Shown: piece after piece, positions 1-13,536 of the stretch | How the letters are laid out: every line of letters begins with the position of its first letter | Position numbering within the stretch: the first letter of the stretch is position 1 | From: Felis catus | Taxonomy: Eukaryota | Assembly: GCF_018350175.1 (NCBI RefSeq) | Contig: NC_058368.1 | Location: 172,362,001 to 172,426,000, forward strand | Reading direction: 5' to 3' | Length of the DNA stretch: 64,000 nt | Made by a program: the position numbers and the translations under genes | Notes under the pieces: model-generated | Told to the model about the DNA's origin: nothing | Seen by the model: only the letters and a program-made list of their open reading frames with translations | The model's database searches: none

Positions 1-29
1 GGTGACAAAGTGGAACCCCTACTAGAAGG

Positions 30-237
30 TTTCTCTTTGAGATAAGGGTTGAAAGCCTACGTTTGCCATCTACTAGCTGTAGAATTTCAGTTAAGGTGTC
101 CACCCTCGGACCTTCAGTTGCCTCATCCAAAAAATGAAGATAATTAGATAGTAGGTGGTTGTGAAACCAAGAATATGTGTCAAATGCCCACCACCTTGTC
201 AAGCAATTTCAGTGCTTAATCAACAGGGGCTATTATT
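30..237 (+). mobile_element. MIR (ancient SINE) remnant
   Basis: Degenerate MIR core (ctactagctgt...ccttcagttgcctcatc...aaaatg...ctattatt). Confidence 0.6.
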
Positions 238-496
238 TTTATGGACAAGTTCTTCTGCTTTAAGGCTCCAAGTACACTGGCAATGAACATGGCTAGAATT
301 ATCGTTATCTGTGTGTCCCAGCAGCACACTTCAGCTTTTCATAGCAGGAGCCCAGGTTCAGGTGGTTGGTTCATATTTAACATATGACAAGCATTTGGGT
401 CTTAGAGCAATAAAATAAAATAAAACCTCCAACTATAGGAGCAGAGCCTTTCACTCTCTTCCATAAAGCTTCATCAGGTACCAAACATCAGTGCTG

Positions 497-690
497 GGGG
501 TACTTGGGCGGCTCAGTCCGTTAAGCATCTGACTCTGAATTTCAGCTCAGGTCATGATCTCATTGTTCGTGAGTTCAAGCCCCACGTCGGGTACTGGGTT
601 GGCAGTGCAAAGCCTGCTTATGATTCTCTCTCCCTCTCTGCTCCTCCCCTGCTCACTCGCTCTCTCAAAATAAATAAACTTTAAAAAAAA
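497..690 (+). mobile_element. Can-SINE (SINEC)
   Basis: tRNA-like head with A/B boxes, (CT)n region, A-rich tail. Confidence 0.95.
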
Positions 691-703
691 TAGTGCTGAT
701 ACA

Positions 704-915
704 GGGTGCCTGGGTGGCTCAGCCGGTTAAGTGTCTGGCTTCACCTCAGGTCACGATCTTGTGGTTCTTGGGTTCAATCCCCCCGCATTGGGCTCTGTGC
801 TGACAGCTCAAGGCCTGGAGCCTGCTTCGGATTCTGTGTCTCCTTCTCTGATCCTCCCCTGCTCATGCTCTGTCTCTCTCTCTCGCTCTCAAAAATAAAT
901 AAAAATTTAAAAAAA
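704..915 (+). mobile_element. Can-SINE (SINEC)
   Basis: gggtgcctgggtggctcag head, CT tract, A-tail. Confidence 0.95.
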
Positions 916-1045
916 TTTTTAAGATTGCTCATGCTAAATGGAATCAACAAAATATTCTGTAAATTGTCTTTTCCAGATAGGTTTTACCATTATGTTTTTT
1001 TTTTTAGCTATAATACGTGCCTTGGAATTCAAGCTGCCAATTTTT

Positions 1046-1279
1046 TATAAGATATCTTTTTTTTTAAATTTTTTTTAACGTTTATTTATTTTTGAGACAG
1101 AGAGAGACAGAGCATGAACGGGGGAGGGGCAGAGAGAGAGGGAGACACAGAATCTGTAACAGGCTCCAGGCTCTGAGCTGTCAGCACAGAGCCCGACGCG
1201 GGGCTCGAACTCACGGAACGTGAGATCGTGACCTGAGCCGAAGTCGGCCGCTTAACCGACTGAGCCACCCAGGCGCCCC
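1046..1279 (-). mobile_element. Can-SINE (SINEC_Fc-like) with 17-bp TSD
   Basis: Full element. TSD tcaagctgccaattttt at 1029-1045 and 1280-1296. Confidence 0.97.
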
Positions 1280-2073
1280 TCAAGCTGCCAATTTTTAAAA
1301 GTAGGTATTTAGGTATTCAAAAGGACAATTTTAAGTGAATTTTTAACACTTATTTTTAAGTTAAATATTTTTAACATTTATTGTCAAGATACTTTTTCTA
1401 AATCAATGAATATATGTGAAACTTCATCTTTTTTAAGGTAAAGGCTGTCATACGGGCATTGGGACAGACATACATGGGACAGACACATCAAAATAAGAAG
1501 AGGGAGTAATACTAACAAATGCACCAAAAGGGGAACACACAGATATCCCACAAGCATATTAAGACATTTGGAGAGGCTGGGAATTAAGGAGAAGGGTGGA
1601 GTCTTAAGCTAATCAGGGGAAAAGCTCTGCCCTCCACCTCTACCCCTAAACTGAGGCTCTGGTTCCATCATGTGACTATGATGGATGGCCACAGCACTGT
1701 CATTTATCTTCCAGAGTGAAACCGGAGAATCCAGGCAGAGCTCACTGAGCATTGCTCATGGAAGTATTAGCCTATCTATTCCCAGGAGACAGGAGAAACA
1801 CTGAAAGGTCAAAAAGGACATGTGCACTATGTGCGCACCATGCCCAAACATCTCACTCTTCTTGCAACAGAGCACATTTCTGGGAGCCAGGGAAGTATGC
1901 AGTAGATATGCAAAACCTAATTCTTCAGTATTTTTATTTTCTGCAGCTTGATCTATTCTCTATTGACCAGACTTCACAAATGGCTTAGCTTAGAAAGGAA
2001 CCACAACTCCTAACTGAGCATCTGGCTCCTCAGAAGATGGGCAGGGAAGAGGGTAGGGGCTTCTCTTACTCAC

Positions 2074-2234
2074 CGACCTGAGTGAGGCTGGCTTATAAAC
2101 ACTTCATCTATAATAAATAGCTTTTAAAATGTATGCTGGGTAGGTGGATCCATACCCTGGCTTTTATTAATTTTATTCTTTTGCATCTCTAACATTTGCA
2201 TCTCTTGTGATGAGCGGGTAGTTTTATCACTAAG
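2074..2234 (-). other. Weak candidate exon, 161 nt
   Basis: Strong donor TCG|GTGAGT at 2073 and possible acceptor cccaacctttcag| at 2236-2235. AT-rich interior makes it doubtful. Confidence 0.2.
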
Positions 2235-3439
2235 CTGAAAGGTTGGGGGCTGGGCCGAACAGTTTCAGAAGCAGAGTGAATGTCAGACAAGGGCAAAGGG
2301 CACTGTGTGATCTGCTGAGTGCCTCTGCTTTCTCCCTATTACTGACATTACCATCCACTCAAACAGGAGGATAGAAGGTAGGTCAGGATAATCAGTTAAG
2401 TGCATTAGGGTTTTCCCCCCCTTCTTTCTTACAAATCCCACATGGGCAACTAATGAGAAAATGCCTAGAGGTAGAAATGAACTTCAGGACACCAAAGTGT
2501 GGGTGCATTTTCATTCACGCAAGTCAAAAAGTAAGTTACCCACCAATAAGTTAGGGAACTATTTTTTCACATCACAGATGAACTCACTGTAGAATTCTGT
2601 TAGAATACAAATGTCTTCTCAGGCATTTTCCATCATGAAAACCTTTGATTTGTACACAATGTGTTTGGCGATTATTCCAGGCAAGTCAAGATATGCTCAG
2701 ACATGAAGAAACCTCAGTTTTAAATGTTTAGCTACTTTATCAAATAAAAAATTAATAACTATCATTCTAATAGAGAGGCAACATTCTAAGAATGGCTTTG
2801 GAAATAACCTAGAATGAAGATTATCCATAGAAATTGCTGACATATTATGGACAATATGTAATTTGTGTGTTTTTAACGGGAGTAGGGATAGAGTCTAAAA
2901 CAAATCCCTATACAAAACAGAAATGTAGTAAGACAGCAGTTTCTAAACTGTCCTCTGCCTCCTGAAAGGGTTCACAGCTTCCTGCAAACAATGAGGTATT
3001 TGCTGTCAAACCCAAAATGCCTGGAGAGGTAACTTGTTAGTTCCTTTTAATGTTTCTGGTTGTTTTCAATGGTGGGGTGCTGAAGATTTCATTTGAACAA
3101 AGAGTTCCATTGCCAAGTCAGTTTGGAAACTATTGTTTGGAAGGTGCCTAGCAGTCTGTGCACAGAGAAGTTTGAGGAAACAGCCTTTGGCATTGAATTC
3201 ACTCCAGCGGCCTTTCCTTGGGGCCGTCAGTCAGCTCCTGCTGTGACTTCCAATAGTAAGTTACTGGCATTAAGAATCAGCAATTAAACACACACACACA
3301 ATGATCAATTGTTGTCTTTATCCACAAATTTATCTAAAAATGGTTTTAACATGATGTTTTTATCTTCAAAAATAGTTTATCTGAAGAAATGGGAGGTTAC
3401 AACATTAATGTCTCCTAGAATAAGTCGTTTCTCATTTTA

Positions 3440-3656
3440 ATTAATTTTTTTTTCAACGTTTATTTATTTATAGGACAGAGAGAGACAGAGCATGAACGGG
3501 GGAGGGGCAGAGAGAGAGGGAGACACAGAATCGGAAACAGGCTCCAGGCTCTGAGCCATCAGCCCAGAGCCTGACGCGGGGCTCGAACTCCCGGACCGCG
3601 AGATCGTGACCTGGCTGAAGTCGGACGCTTAACCGACTGCGCCACCCAGGCGCCCC
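3440..3656 (-). mobile_element. Young SINEC_Fc-type SINE
   Basis: Diagnostic ggcgcagtcggttaagcgtccgacttcagccaggtcacg head. 17-bp TSD agtc(g/a)tttctcatttta. Confidence 0.97.
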
Positions 3657-4435
3657 AGTCATTTCTCATTTTATTAGTAGTAGCCTATTATTGATAGTCA
3701 TTCATTTTTAAAATACAATGTGTAAGAAGTCCCAGCTAAGGGACAATATGATGAATCCCCTTCTATCTATTTTCTTGACTTTTACATATGGCTAAAATTT
3801 GACGTAACAGAGACTTCTCTCAAATCCCAGCAGGCCGGACAGATGTTGCTTATGTTAAAGGTAAACTTCATGTCCCTTGAACACAGTCCAGAGGGTTTTT
3901 GGGTTCTGCTCTGATGAGGGTATTGATCCAGCTCCAACCCCCTAAAAACTGGCCTTTCTGGTTCTCGTTGTTCTCACCTCCTTTTCTGCTTTACACCCAG
4001 GTGTGCTATGGAACCTGACCGCCCAGGTCCAAGTACCTGGTTCATCACACCCTCCTGGTGAACAACCAAAATAAAACCAACTGAACTGAGCAACAAGCCT
4101 TCTCTCCAATTCATTTCACTTGGAGTTTCTAAAAACATCCGTATGGGGATCCAAAGACAAAGTGACCAAGGTCCTTTACAGAAGAAATACCAAGGTACAT
4201 TACTGAGAATGATTTGTACCCAGCGTTTACTCAGGTTTCGTTGAAGTAAGAATGACCATCCTCTCTCAGAATCAGGCAGAAACTAACTGGAGTGTCAGTG
4301 TGACTTACAGAAAGCATCGGCCACATAGAACTCATTAATCAACAGGATTGCTCATAAAAGTGAAACCGTTTTAGGCAAAGGCTTCACTGCAGTACCAGCC
4401 TGTGTTCTAGAACTACTCAGGCCCAGTTTACTCAC

Positions 4436-4689
4436 CTATAAAAACCAAGATTGCCTTCCTATACCTCAGGCCCCTCTGGGCATATAGGTATACAAGCTCA
4501 AGGCTCTGTCAGAGCCAAACACAGTTCTATTTTAGTCTTTCTTTCAGAAACAAGTCTATTAAAGACAAGAACATAAACGCTGGGGTAGTTTAAAAGGACC
4601 GGTGGTCCCAGCCATAAATGAAGCTTTGACTTGTAGACTCTGTAGTGCTTCCTCATGCGTTTTCCTAATCCACTTTCTCCCACATCCAA
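4436..4689 (-). other. Candidate spliced non-coding (5' UTR or lncRNA) exon, 254 nt
   Basis: On the minus strand: T14 polypyrimidine tract + AAG|TTGGATG acceptor (AG at 4691-4690) and consensus donor TATAG|GTGAGT (GT at 4435-4434). Not repeat-derived. Stops in all three frames. Confidence 0.55.
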
Positions 4690-4796
4690 CTTAAAAAAAA
4701 AAAAAAGAATCAGGAAATAATTAACAACCACCTCTTATTAACAAGGGTGTTTTCTAGACAAATAGACAAGATCAAAGAAATATAGGTCCTGCCCTT

Positions 4797-5430
4797 TTTA
4801 TTTAAGTTTTGAGGTATAATCGCCCTATAATCAACCTCACATATTTCAAGTATACAGAACAGTTTTGACATTTATATACCTGTGAAACCATCACCACAAT
4901 GAAGACAGTGAACACACCCATGACCCTCAGAAGATTCCCCAGCCCCTTCCCACTTTCCCCAGCCCCAGGCAACCACTGACCTGCGTTCTGTCACTACAAA
5001 TTACTTTGCATTTTACACTTTCATATAAATGCAATCATACCCTCTACTTTTTCTGTCCTGTTTCACTCAGCCTACTTTGAGATGCAACCACGTTGGTTGT
5101 GGCATGTACCGATATACTTTTCATTGCAAAGTACTTTATTGTACCGATATAACACAGTCTATCCATTCACTTGCTGATGGGTAACTGGGTTTTTTCCAGG
5201 TTTTGGCTGTCGAGCTGTTCTGAACGTTCGTGTGTAAGTGTTTGGAATGGCAAGGTGATATAGCAGGTTTATGTTTAACTTTTAAGAAATTGTCAAACTG
5301 CTTTCTAAAGTGGTTGAACAATTTTACACACACACCATCGGGTCATCAGGGCTCCATTTGCTCCACTTTCACGCCAATCTTTGTTTACTCAGTCTTTTTA
5401 CTTTTAGCTATTCTTGCGGGTATGTAGTGG
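4797..5430 (-). mobile_element. Old L1 (L1M-type) 3' end fragment
   Basis: Antisense L1 3'UTR/ORF2-end motifs (accatcaccacaat, ccaggcaaccactga, tatccattcac, ttagctattctt). Confidence 0.8.
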
Positions 5431-5439
5431 TTCTGGGTT

Positions 5440-5890
5440 TGCAAAGATGTGGAAATTCAGGGGAGAACAGCAGGGTCAGAGAGCACAGAAGCCCCACTCC
5501 TCCTCCAATACAGCCTGCTCTATGTATCTCTTCATCTGGCTGTTGATTTGTATCCTTTGAGATCCTTTGTAATAAATCAGTCATCTAACGAGTAAACTGG
5601 TTTCTAAGTTCTATGAGCCACTATAGCAAATTAATCGTACCCAAGGACAGGATCATGGGAACCTCTGATTTATAGCCTGTCCATCAGAAATTCAGGTGAC
5701 AACATAGACTTGCAATTGGCATCTGAAGTGGAGGGCAGTCTTGCGGGACTGAGCTCTTAACTTGTGGGATCTGATGCTCTCTCTGGGGAGATAACAGCAG
5801 AACTTAGTTGAATTGTAGGACAACCCAGCTGGTATCTGAGAATTGCTTGGTGGTGTGGAAACACACACATCACAACTGGGTGCAGAATCT
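5440..5890 (+). mobile_element. MER21-like ERVL LTR fragment
   Basis: Motifs atctcttcatctggctgtt, AATAAA, ggactgag...ttgtgggatctgatgc recalled from MER21. Confidence 0.7.
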
Positions 5891-6269
5891 TACTGGGATA
5901 GGTTGCAGAAGAGATCACCCAGGAAGACCCCGTGAGGGCATGATACTTGAGCCAGAAATCACAAAGGCACTCAGGGGGAGGACTTTCCCACCCAGCACTC
6001 AGCACAGTGCCTAGGGCTCAGGTATTTTCCCCAAAATGTAAGAGCAAGACTTGCCAGGCCAAGTGTGAGGATGTCAAAACACACATTCCAGGAAGCCAGG
6101 ATTTTACTAATAGGGGCAGAGGCACAGGTAAAATAAGGGGGTGCAAAAGAAGAACCACCAGCTGTTAAGACCAGCTTCAAGTGTGATCCAAGGAGTGCCA
6201 CAAGATGGGGATAGAAGGCAAGCAGGAGAGTGGACACGGAAGGTCTCGTGTCCCTAGACTTGGACATTG

Positions 6270-6540
6270 AGAGATGTTGCAAACTAGCAGCTGTAGACCT
6301 ACTGGCCCACAAGCATGTCCTGTTTGTGAAACATTTGAATTAATCACAAAAGTTTAAAACTCTGGGGATTTATATGCAAATTGGGATTTTTGGCTTCTAT
6401 TAAGAAGATCTCACCGTACAGAGTCTGTGACCCCCAGAATCAGAATCGAGAAGCATGGGTTCCCCTTGGAGTTCCCCTAGTTCACCAAGGTCCCCACCCA
6501 GCCTGGGCCCTCCAAGGCATTTCAGTTTGTGGAACTAGGT
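6270..6540. mobile_element. hAT-Charlie MER102-like DNA transposon remnant
   Basis: ggatttttggcttctattaagaagatc and ggcatttcagtttg motifs. Reverse-complement similarity to 43710-43925. Confidence 0.5.
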
Positions 6541-6884
6541 GCTAGATAAAATCACTGTGGTGGCAGTGCCAAGCCTGGCACAGGATGACTGGTTGTAAGG
6601 ACAGGGCAGAAGAGGCAGCAAGCCTCTATTAGGGCAGTGGAAGCAGGAATTAGAGAGGAAGGAGAATTTTTTTTTTTTTTTTTTTTAAAGCAAGGGTTAA
6701 AACGGTGATTCAATCAAGACAGAAGTCAACGTTCCTAACCTAGATAAGAGAATGACACTTGAAAACTGGCACTCTTTCCAAGCCCTGACATACTGGCATG
6801 CTCTTCAGGTCTCTAGGCCAAGGATTCCTGAGGCCTTCACTTGAACTTCAAGCTCCTTGCTTTGCAGCTATACCAGCAACACTC

Positions 6885-7100
6885 CCTGAGAGCTTACTAT
6901 GTGCCAACCTCTATTTTAAGCCTTCTATAAACAGTAACTCGAGTAATACACAATTCTTGGAGTAGGTATTAATATTTTTTTTCTACAGGTAAGGAAATAG
7001 AGAAGTTAATCAACTTGCCCAAAGAAACACAGTAAGTAACAAAGATGGAATTTGAATCTAGGCACTCTGACTCTAGATAGACCATATGTTCTTAACTACA
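6885..7100 (-). mobile_element. MIR remnant
   Basis: gcttactatgtgcc...tacaggtaaggaaa...aacttgcccaa...atttgaatctaggc. Confidence 0.75.
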
Positions 7101-7897
7101 TTTTACCCTGTACTTGAGTGATCTGTAACCAACAGACTCAGAAAATTCAAAATATAAAGCAACTTTATAGGCTAATATGCTGATCATCTCCACATTTTTC
7201 ACCACCCCCTTCCTAGACACTGTCTAGTCTTGTGGTTTCTAAGCCTGGCTCATCGCATTCTCCTATAGAACTGTTTACAAGTACGGATCTCAAGTTCATC
7301 TTGAAAAAAGCCATGTTGGAAGACCTGGGATCCCCACCCCCCACCCACCACACCCCTGGCTACACACCCTGGCTACTCAGCCTGGGGCACCAGATGCCCC
7401 ACAGTGCCCGACTCACTCTGCAAGCATGCTGGATGGTAGAGCACATGGGTTACAATCTCTTACTTTATTTACAGTTACAGATCCTACAAGTTCAATCAAG
7501 TGTCCCACAAATCTCGAAAGGCAGACCTGATGCCATTCTCATGTGTGCATCCTTCAAAAACCTCAAGTCAGCTACCATCTTCCCTCAAGCTCTTCTTCTC
7601 CAAGTTACTTCTGCTCTATGGATAGGGTCCCTAAACTATTACATGCAAGTCAAATTCTCATGCCTTTCCAAACATGAAGGTATCATACATGTTTAATCTC
7701 TACTTCTGATCTTCAATTAATTTTCACTTCTAACGTTTAAGCTTTAAGCTCCATTGCCACCAGCCTGTATTTTAAATAATTTAATGATCTACAAAAGACT
7801 TGGAAATAATTATTAACAATTCTTTTTCAAAGTCCATGAATTCCCCTCTACCTCCATTATCTTTTAAAGTTCAAATTTTACAATGGAAGAATCTTTC

Positions 7898-8099
7898 TTA
7901 ATTTTTTTAATGTTTAGTTATTTTGAGAGAAGGAGAGAGAGAGCACGATTGGGAAAGTGGCAGAGAGACAGAGAAACAGAGAATCTGAAGCAGGCTCCAT
8001 GCTGACAGCAGGGAGTCCAACGTGGGGCTTAGACCCACGAATTGCGAGATCGTGACCTGAGCTAAAGTCCAACACTTAACTGAGTCACTAGGGCACCCC
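7898..8099 (-). mobile_element. Can-SINE
   Basis: Reverse-complement head at the right end, T-rich tail at the left. Confidence 0.93.
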
Positions 8100-8615
8100 T
8101 ATTATGGGAGGGACTTTAAGTGGGGCACACCTGTATGCTATTTCTCCTTTGACCCTTAATGGTTTTCCCTCCCCTCCACCCTCTTTTAAAACAGCCTGCT
8201 TTTATATACTGAATATATGCCAACTATTTTTCCTATTCCAAGTCTGAATTAGAGGGGCCTAAAACTAAAAATGCTTGTTTTCCTCAGAGGAAATATCCTT
8301 ATCCTTAAGGATTTTCTAACAGTGACACAACACTGAATTTTTTAACATCACTGTGGGAAAAACAGAAGCCTTTTAAGATTCCCCAGGCTCAGTCAACAGT
8401 ATGTTTTCTTCTGTGTAAATTCCAAAAGTACCACCACTAATCCAAACAGCGGCTCTTCAAATGGGAGTAAATAGAGGAAAAACCTCAGCTTAAAGGTCAT
8501 AAAAAGGACCTTTCTGAAGTCCAAACAAATGGCTATGCATAGTAACTGCTAATTCCAAATCTCTTACAGAGGCAATGAGGGAAATCTAAATTGACATTCC
8601 CAGTTTCACAGAGAC

Positions 8616-8616
<1 letters not shown>

Positions 8617-8652
<36 letters not shown>
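8617..8652 (+). repeat. A36 homopolymer
   Basis: Direct count. No adjacent SINE or LINE body. Confidence 0.95.
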
Positions 8653-8655
<3 letters not shown>

Positions 8656-10249
8656 ACCAGGGGATATCAAGTGACTCTTTAGGAAAATTTTTTGTCAGAC
8701 ATCAATTACATAGGATAGACAGGCTGAAGAGTGAAAAGAAGCTGGTAGGACATAAGAGATGTACAAGTGGTGGCCCTGCTCCCAGCTCACAGTCTGCAGA
8801 ACTGAGAGGAAGGGCTTAAGAACGAGGTCACATCCACAAGGACCAAACAACAACCGACATATCTACACAGTGCTTTCTTGATTGCCTAAGGCCTTTATAT
8901 ACACTGCCTGATTGTGCAATAACCTCTCAGATGGGTATTTACAGATTTGTATAGAATCAAAGATACCAGTATCACTAAGCTGGTTATTACCTGAATTTGT
9001 GATCTGAACCCAGCCCTAATACTACACCTTACATGCTTTCCCCTGTGTTCCACTGAACTAACATTATCAATGAATTTCCTTCTGAAATTTGCAATGGAGG
9101 TGTTCTGATGGCCGCCATTCTAAAGATCTCCATCCCAATCCAACTCCGGCAGTCACCATTTAGACCCTGCACCGTTTAGAATTGCTCTACCTCTGAAAGC
9201 TCACTACTAAGGTTCCCTTCTTGAATCAAACCTCCTGGCCACCCTTCCACTAGTCCCACCCTACTCCTATTGAACTTTCTTTGGGCCTCAAGAATTCCCT
9301 CTAGGCATTTACTGAACACTGGTGCAATTTGGCTAAGTTCTTCCAGTCACTTCCTCTGCACACTCACACTCTATCAACCCTCCACTCCAATGAGTACTTC
9401 ATGACTACAAGGCCCACCCAGTCCTTCACCTCCTTGATCTTCTCACATAATTACAACACAAGGTTGTGGATTACAACCCAGGGAACCTGTACAGGCACCA
9501 ACTTCCTCCTGGGTCACTGGTGTGTGCTGGACAGTCACAGACTGTCATCACTGTCATCTGAGAAGCAGTGAGAATCATGCAGTGTCAGAGCTAGAAAGTA
9601 TATTGAATGACTCCTCTAATGTCTTAACTGCAGAGATGAAAAAAATGGTGTTAAGGTGAGTGCTAGCAGCCAGTAGGCTGAGCAAGAATTTTACTAGAAG
9701 AAAAAAAGTTTTACTAATATATTTAAGAAGAGCCAGAAAGGACCAAAAACAATGACTTATAAGGGACTAATGTCACTGGAAAGACAAGAGCCAGGATAGA
9801 AAAAAATGACATGTGCTCCAACATTACTTTGCAGGCAAAAGGAAATCCATAAACACTTCTGTATAAGATGCAACACTATTAAAAAGTTCAGAGAACACTG
9901 TTCTGGCACCCATGCACGGGACAAAACAGGCTTTCAAATAACAGCTTTTATTTTCAAATTATATTATATGTATGTCTAAACGCTACATTTGCAAGTAACT
10001 AACCATTTAATGTGAAGGTCTAGGTCATTAAACCCCATTTTTGAAGAGAAAATGTTATAACTTAAATAATTTCCATATGTTTTTCATAAGCTTTAAATTA
10101 AGCTAACTGAACACTGCCTCAAACCAGTAATGAACAATATCCCCTAAAATATTAAAAGCTTTTATCACTGGGATATGAAATTATGTAAAAACTACAACAG
10201 TTTTCTTTGCAGCAAATACTATTTGTCATCAGGTGAAAAGTCTTCTAGA

Positions 10250-10420
10250 ATGGTTTTGGTAGAGTTCAAAGTCTGTCTCTGCTATTAGCCCACTAAGTCA
10301 CTTCAACTGGATTACTCTATCTTAATATTGGTTTTTGCATCTGAAAATGGGGACAATTGCACCTGCAACTGTATAATATTGTATATTGTTGTGAAAATTA
10401 AGGATGTATATTGTTATGTG
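10250..10420 (+). mobile_element. MIR remnant
   Basis: gttcaaa...tctgctatta...gcatctgaaaatgggg...ttgttgtgaaaattaa. Confidence 0.55.
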
Positions 10421-12059
10421 CTAAGGATAAAGCAATGCAGTTTTATCAGATATATTTAACAGTAGCAGCAAAACCAAGCCTCAAATTTCATTTTACTTTT
10501 CAACCAAAGTGATAAGACAACCTACTCCTAAAAGGAACTAATTAAGTAATTTGGTTTAGCATTAGAGCATTATGAAACTTTGGATGGCTAACAAAAATTG
10601 CCCATAATGCTCTAAGGCACATTTTAACTTCTTACAATGGTCTCTGCCTATTATCTCAAGGTTAACCAGTGTCTCCCGTGTCCCAATACCATCTTCAAAT
10701 AATAAATTTTATCTTTTCTCCAACATACCAGAAAATGTAAGCATTCTCGATTTTGTCAAATAATTTCATGTTAAGTACTATAAAAGATATCAAAACATTA
10801 GAGAAAATAGAATAGGAAACCTCACCAAAAGATAGCATATTGTATATCTCAAATAACTCAGACATACATTTTCCAAATCTTTCTTTCCGCAATCGAACCA
10901 TACTTCGTGGCAACTCAGGTTATCTATACAGTGCCTTCCAGGTAGGGAACATGGTTCCCAAATTTGACTTCAGTTCCTATCCTGTAGCTATGGTGCTTCA
11001 TTCACTCATACACTAATCTTGTGCTTTAAGTAAATATGGCTTCTACTACCCCAGTGATTTTTATCCTTAAACAAAGGTCAAATTACATGTTTTAGTAGAC
11101 GGTAGAGTTTACTTAAGTCTGGATGAAACAACACTGAGATTGCTTATAAAATCCTCATGGGCATATACTACTTTTCTACAACTATAATAGCTATAAAGTA
11201 GGAGGTGGATGTCAAACATATTCTGTTCCTATCATACAAGTGAAGTAAGAGGCAGTCTTTTCCCATTAGATCTATTACTTTCTCTTATTCCCCACTTTTT
11301 AGCACCTGTTATGAAAATCCTATAGAAGAAACCTGTAAGGAAGACTGCTCATCAACTATGCTCCTCATCGTTCACTCTTGAGTCAACCCCTCCTGCTTAA
11401 AGACTAGTCCGGGCTAACCAAAACCAGTTAAAGGTATTAAGTACAACGGAGTCGATGCCAGGCCACTTGCAATCAATCCACAGGTTTATGCCTTTTAGCC
11501 CCAGTCAGTCTAGGGTCAATGAAACCCAAAAGACCAGAATATCTGACTACTCAAGTCCCTGTTAAAGAAAAAAAAAAACCTATTTCCAAACTGAAGATAA
11601 GAAGATCACCAGGGGGAAAACCTTTAAACATTCAGAATAGGTACGCAGCCCTCCAAAGAGTTAGATTCTATAGGTCTACATGATGCACTAAAACTATGAA
11701 TGAACAAATGAATGAATGGCTAAATAAATACATAAAATAAAAACAAGCCAAAATCTCTCTCCTGATGATCACATACATTTGGAAACCACTGCTAAAGTGA
11801 GAGACCCAAGCCTTCCCAGACTCTGCCAAATTGTCCTACTCAGGGTGGGAATGACTCCAGGAGAGAAGGAGCCCAGTTCCAGACCTGCCTCAGCCCAAAC
11901 AGCATTTATTGAGTAGCTGGCAGAAAGCCAGCTGAACAAGCTGTTCACCCTGGGACACCCAAGGCCTCTTCACTGTCCCCATGGACAATCTACCATATAT
12001 CTGTTCCCTTCAATGTTATACACTTCTTAGTAGACTCCTTTTTATCTCCTCAAATATCT

Positions 12060-13380
12060 AACCATATGGAAAAAAAGGTACCTCAATTATTTCCCCATCA
12101 AAACTGGGATACAGAACTCATCCTAGCCAAATGTGGGACAATTTGAGTATCAAAACTAATGACAGTAATGATTATACCACACAGGATAGAAACTAATTCA
12201 CTAATTTGTACTTACACTGAACAAGATTTAAAACGATGGAGAGACAGAAGTGAAAGCTTTTTACAGAAGAATATCGCCTAATATGGAAAGAATCATAGAA
12301 AAAAGAAAACTACCATTTTACAGCCACCACAGTAATTATTTCAGACAAGACTCATTGGTAGAAATTGATACCACTGCATGAAAGGTTGTTGGGAAACAGG
12401 ATAACCACACAGTCTCAAAGTGTCACTTCAGAGACCACTTACTAGGAAAGGAAGAAAGACATCTTTACAGTAAATAAGTTAGTCGACACCATCCTAACCA
12501 ATGACCTCAACTGGCATCACCAACAATGAGACAAAGTGACCTCATGTGCCCTACTGATGACGGACTGAGTAGCACCTGTATCTCCTGGGTTAGTCTCCTG
12601 CCAAAAGTATTTTCTCATGACTAGACTCCAATTATACAATCAGATAAATCCAAATTGAAGGACATCCTATCAAACATCTAGCCTGGATTCTAAAAAATGT
12701 TAAGTTATAAAAAAACAATAAAGGGGCGCCTGGGTGGTGCAGTCGGTTAAGCGTCCGACTTCAGCCAGGTCACGATCTCGCAGTCCGTGAGTTCGAGCCC
12801 CGCGTCGGGCTCTGGGCTGATGGCTCGGAGCCTGGAGCCTGTTTCGGATTCTGTGTCTCCCTCTCTCTCTGCCCCTCCCCCGTTCATGCTCTGTCTCTCT
12901 CTGTCCCCAAAAAAATAAATAAAAACGTTGAAGAAAAAAAAAATTTTAAAAAACAATAAAATCTAGGGAACTGTGACCTACATTTAAGGAGATTAAGGAA
13001 GCATGACTACTAATGCAATTGATGGAACTTGATTCTTAAAAACAGTTAAAATAAACATTATGGAAACAATTGGGAAATTCAAATATAGACCGTATTAGGT
13101 AATAGTAATACATCAGTGTTAGATTTTTTTGGAAATGATACTTATATCATGGATATCTAGGAGAATGTCCTTGTCCTTAGAAGATACACCCTGAAGGGTT
13201 TTATGCATGAGGGTCATGATGTCTACAACTAACTCAAATTCAGAAAAAAATTATAAACCCAGGTAGAGATAGAGGGATTTCTTAAAAAGTGGCAAAATGT
13301 TAGAGTCAGTGAAGGGTATAAAAGTGTTAACTATGCCTGCAACTTTTTGCAAGCTTTGACTTTTTTCAATAAAACTATAA
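12060..13380 (+). mobile_element. Old L1 (L1MC/L1ME-type) 3' region, interrupted by a SINE
   Basis: Motifs aatccaaattgaaggacatcct, ggagaatgtccttgt, gatgtctacaactaactcaaa; ends with aataaaa. Confidence 0.7.
12723..12947 (+). mobile_element. Young SINEC_Fc-type SINE
   Basis: Near-consensus body. TSD aaaaaacaataaa on both sides. Confidence 0.97.
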
Positions 13381-13497
13381 TATGGATAGTTAGGCTTTTT
13401 AATAGAAGGAAATTATTCAGGAAAATAGAAAAGGATTACTGATAATTTAACTATCAAAAATGGCATAAAATGTATTCATGCAACTCTGGCAGAGGTC

Positions 13498-13529
<32 letters not shown>

Positions 13530-13536
13530 CAAACTC

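Noticed and set aside
4498..4731. VGESGLGK in the minus-strand ORF resembles the septin P-loop (GESGLGKS)
   Set aside because: The Ser/Thr after the lysine is missing (KR), the preceding beta-strand and the following TLINSLF are absent, and the frame stops after 63 codons. Coincidental match.
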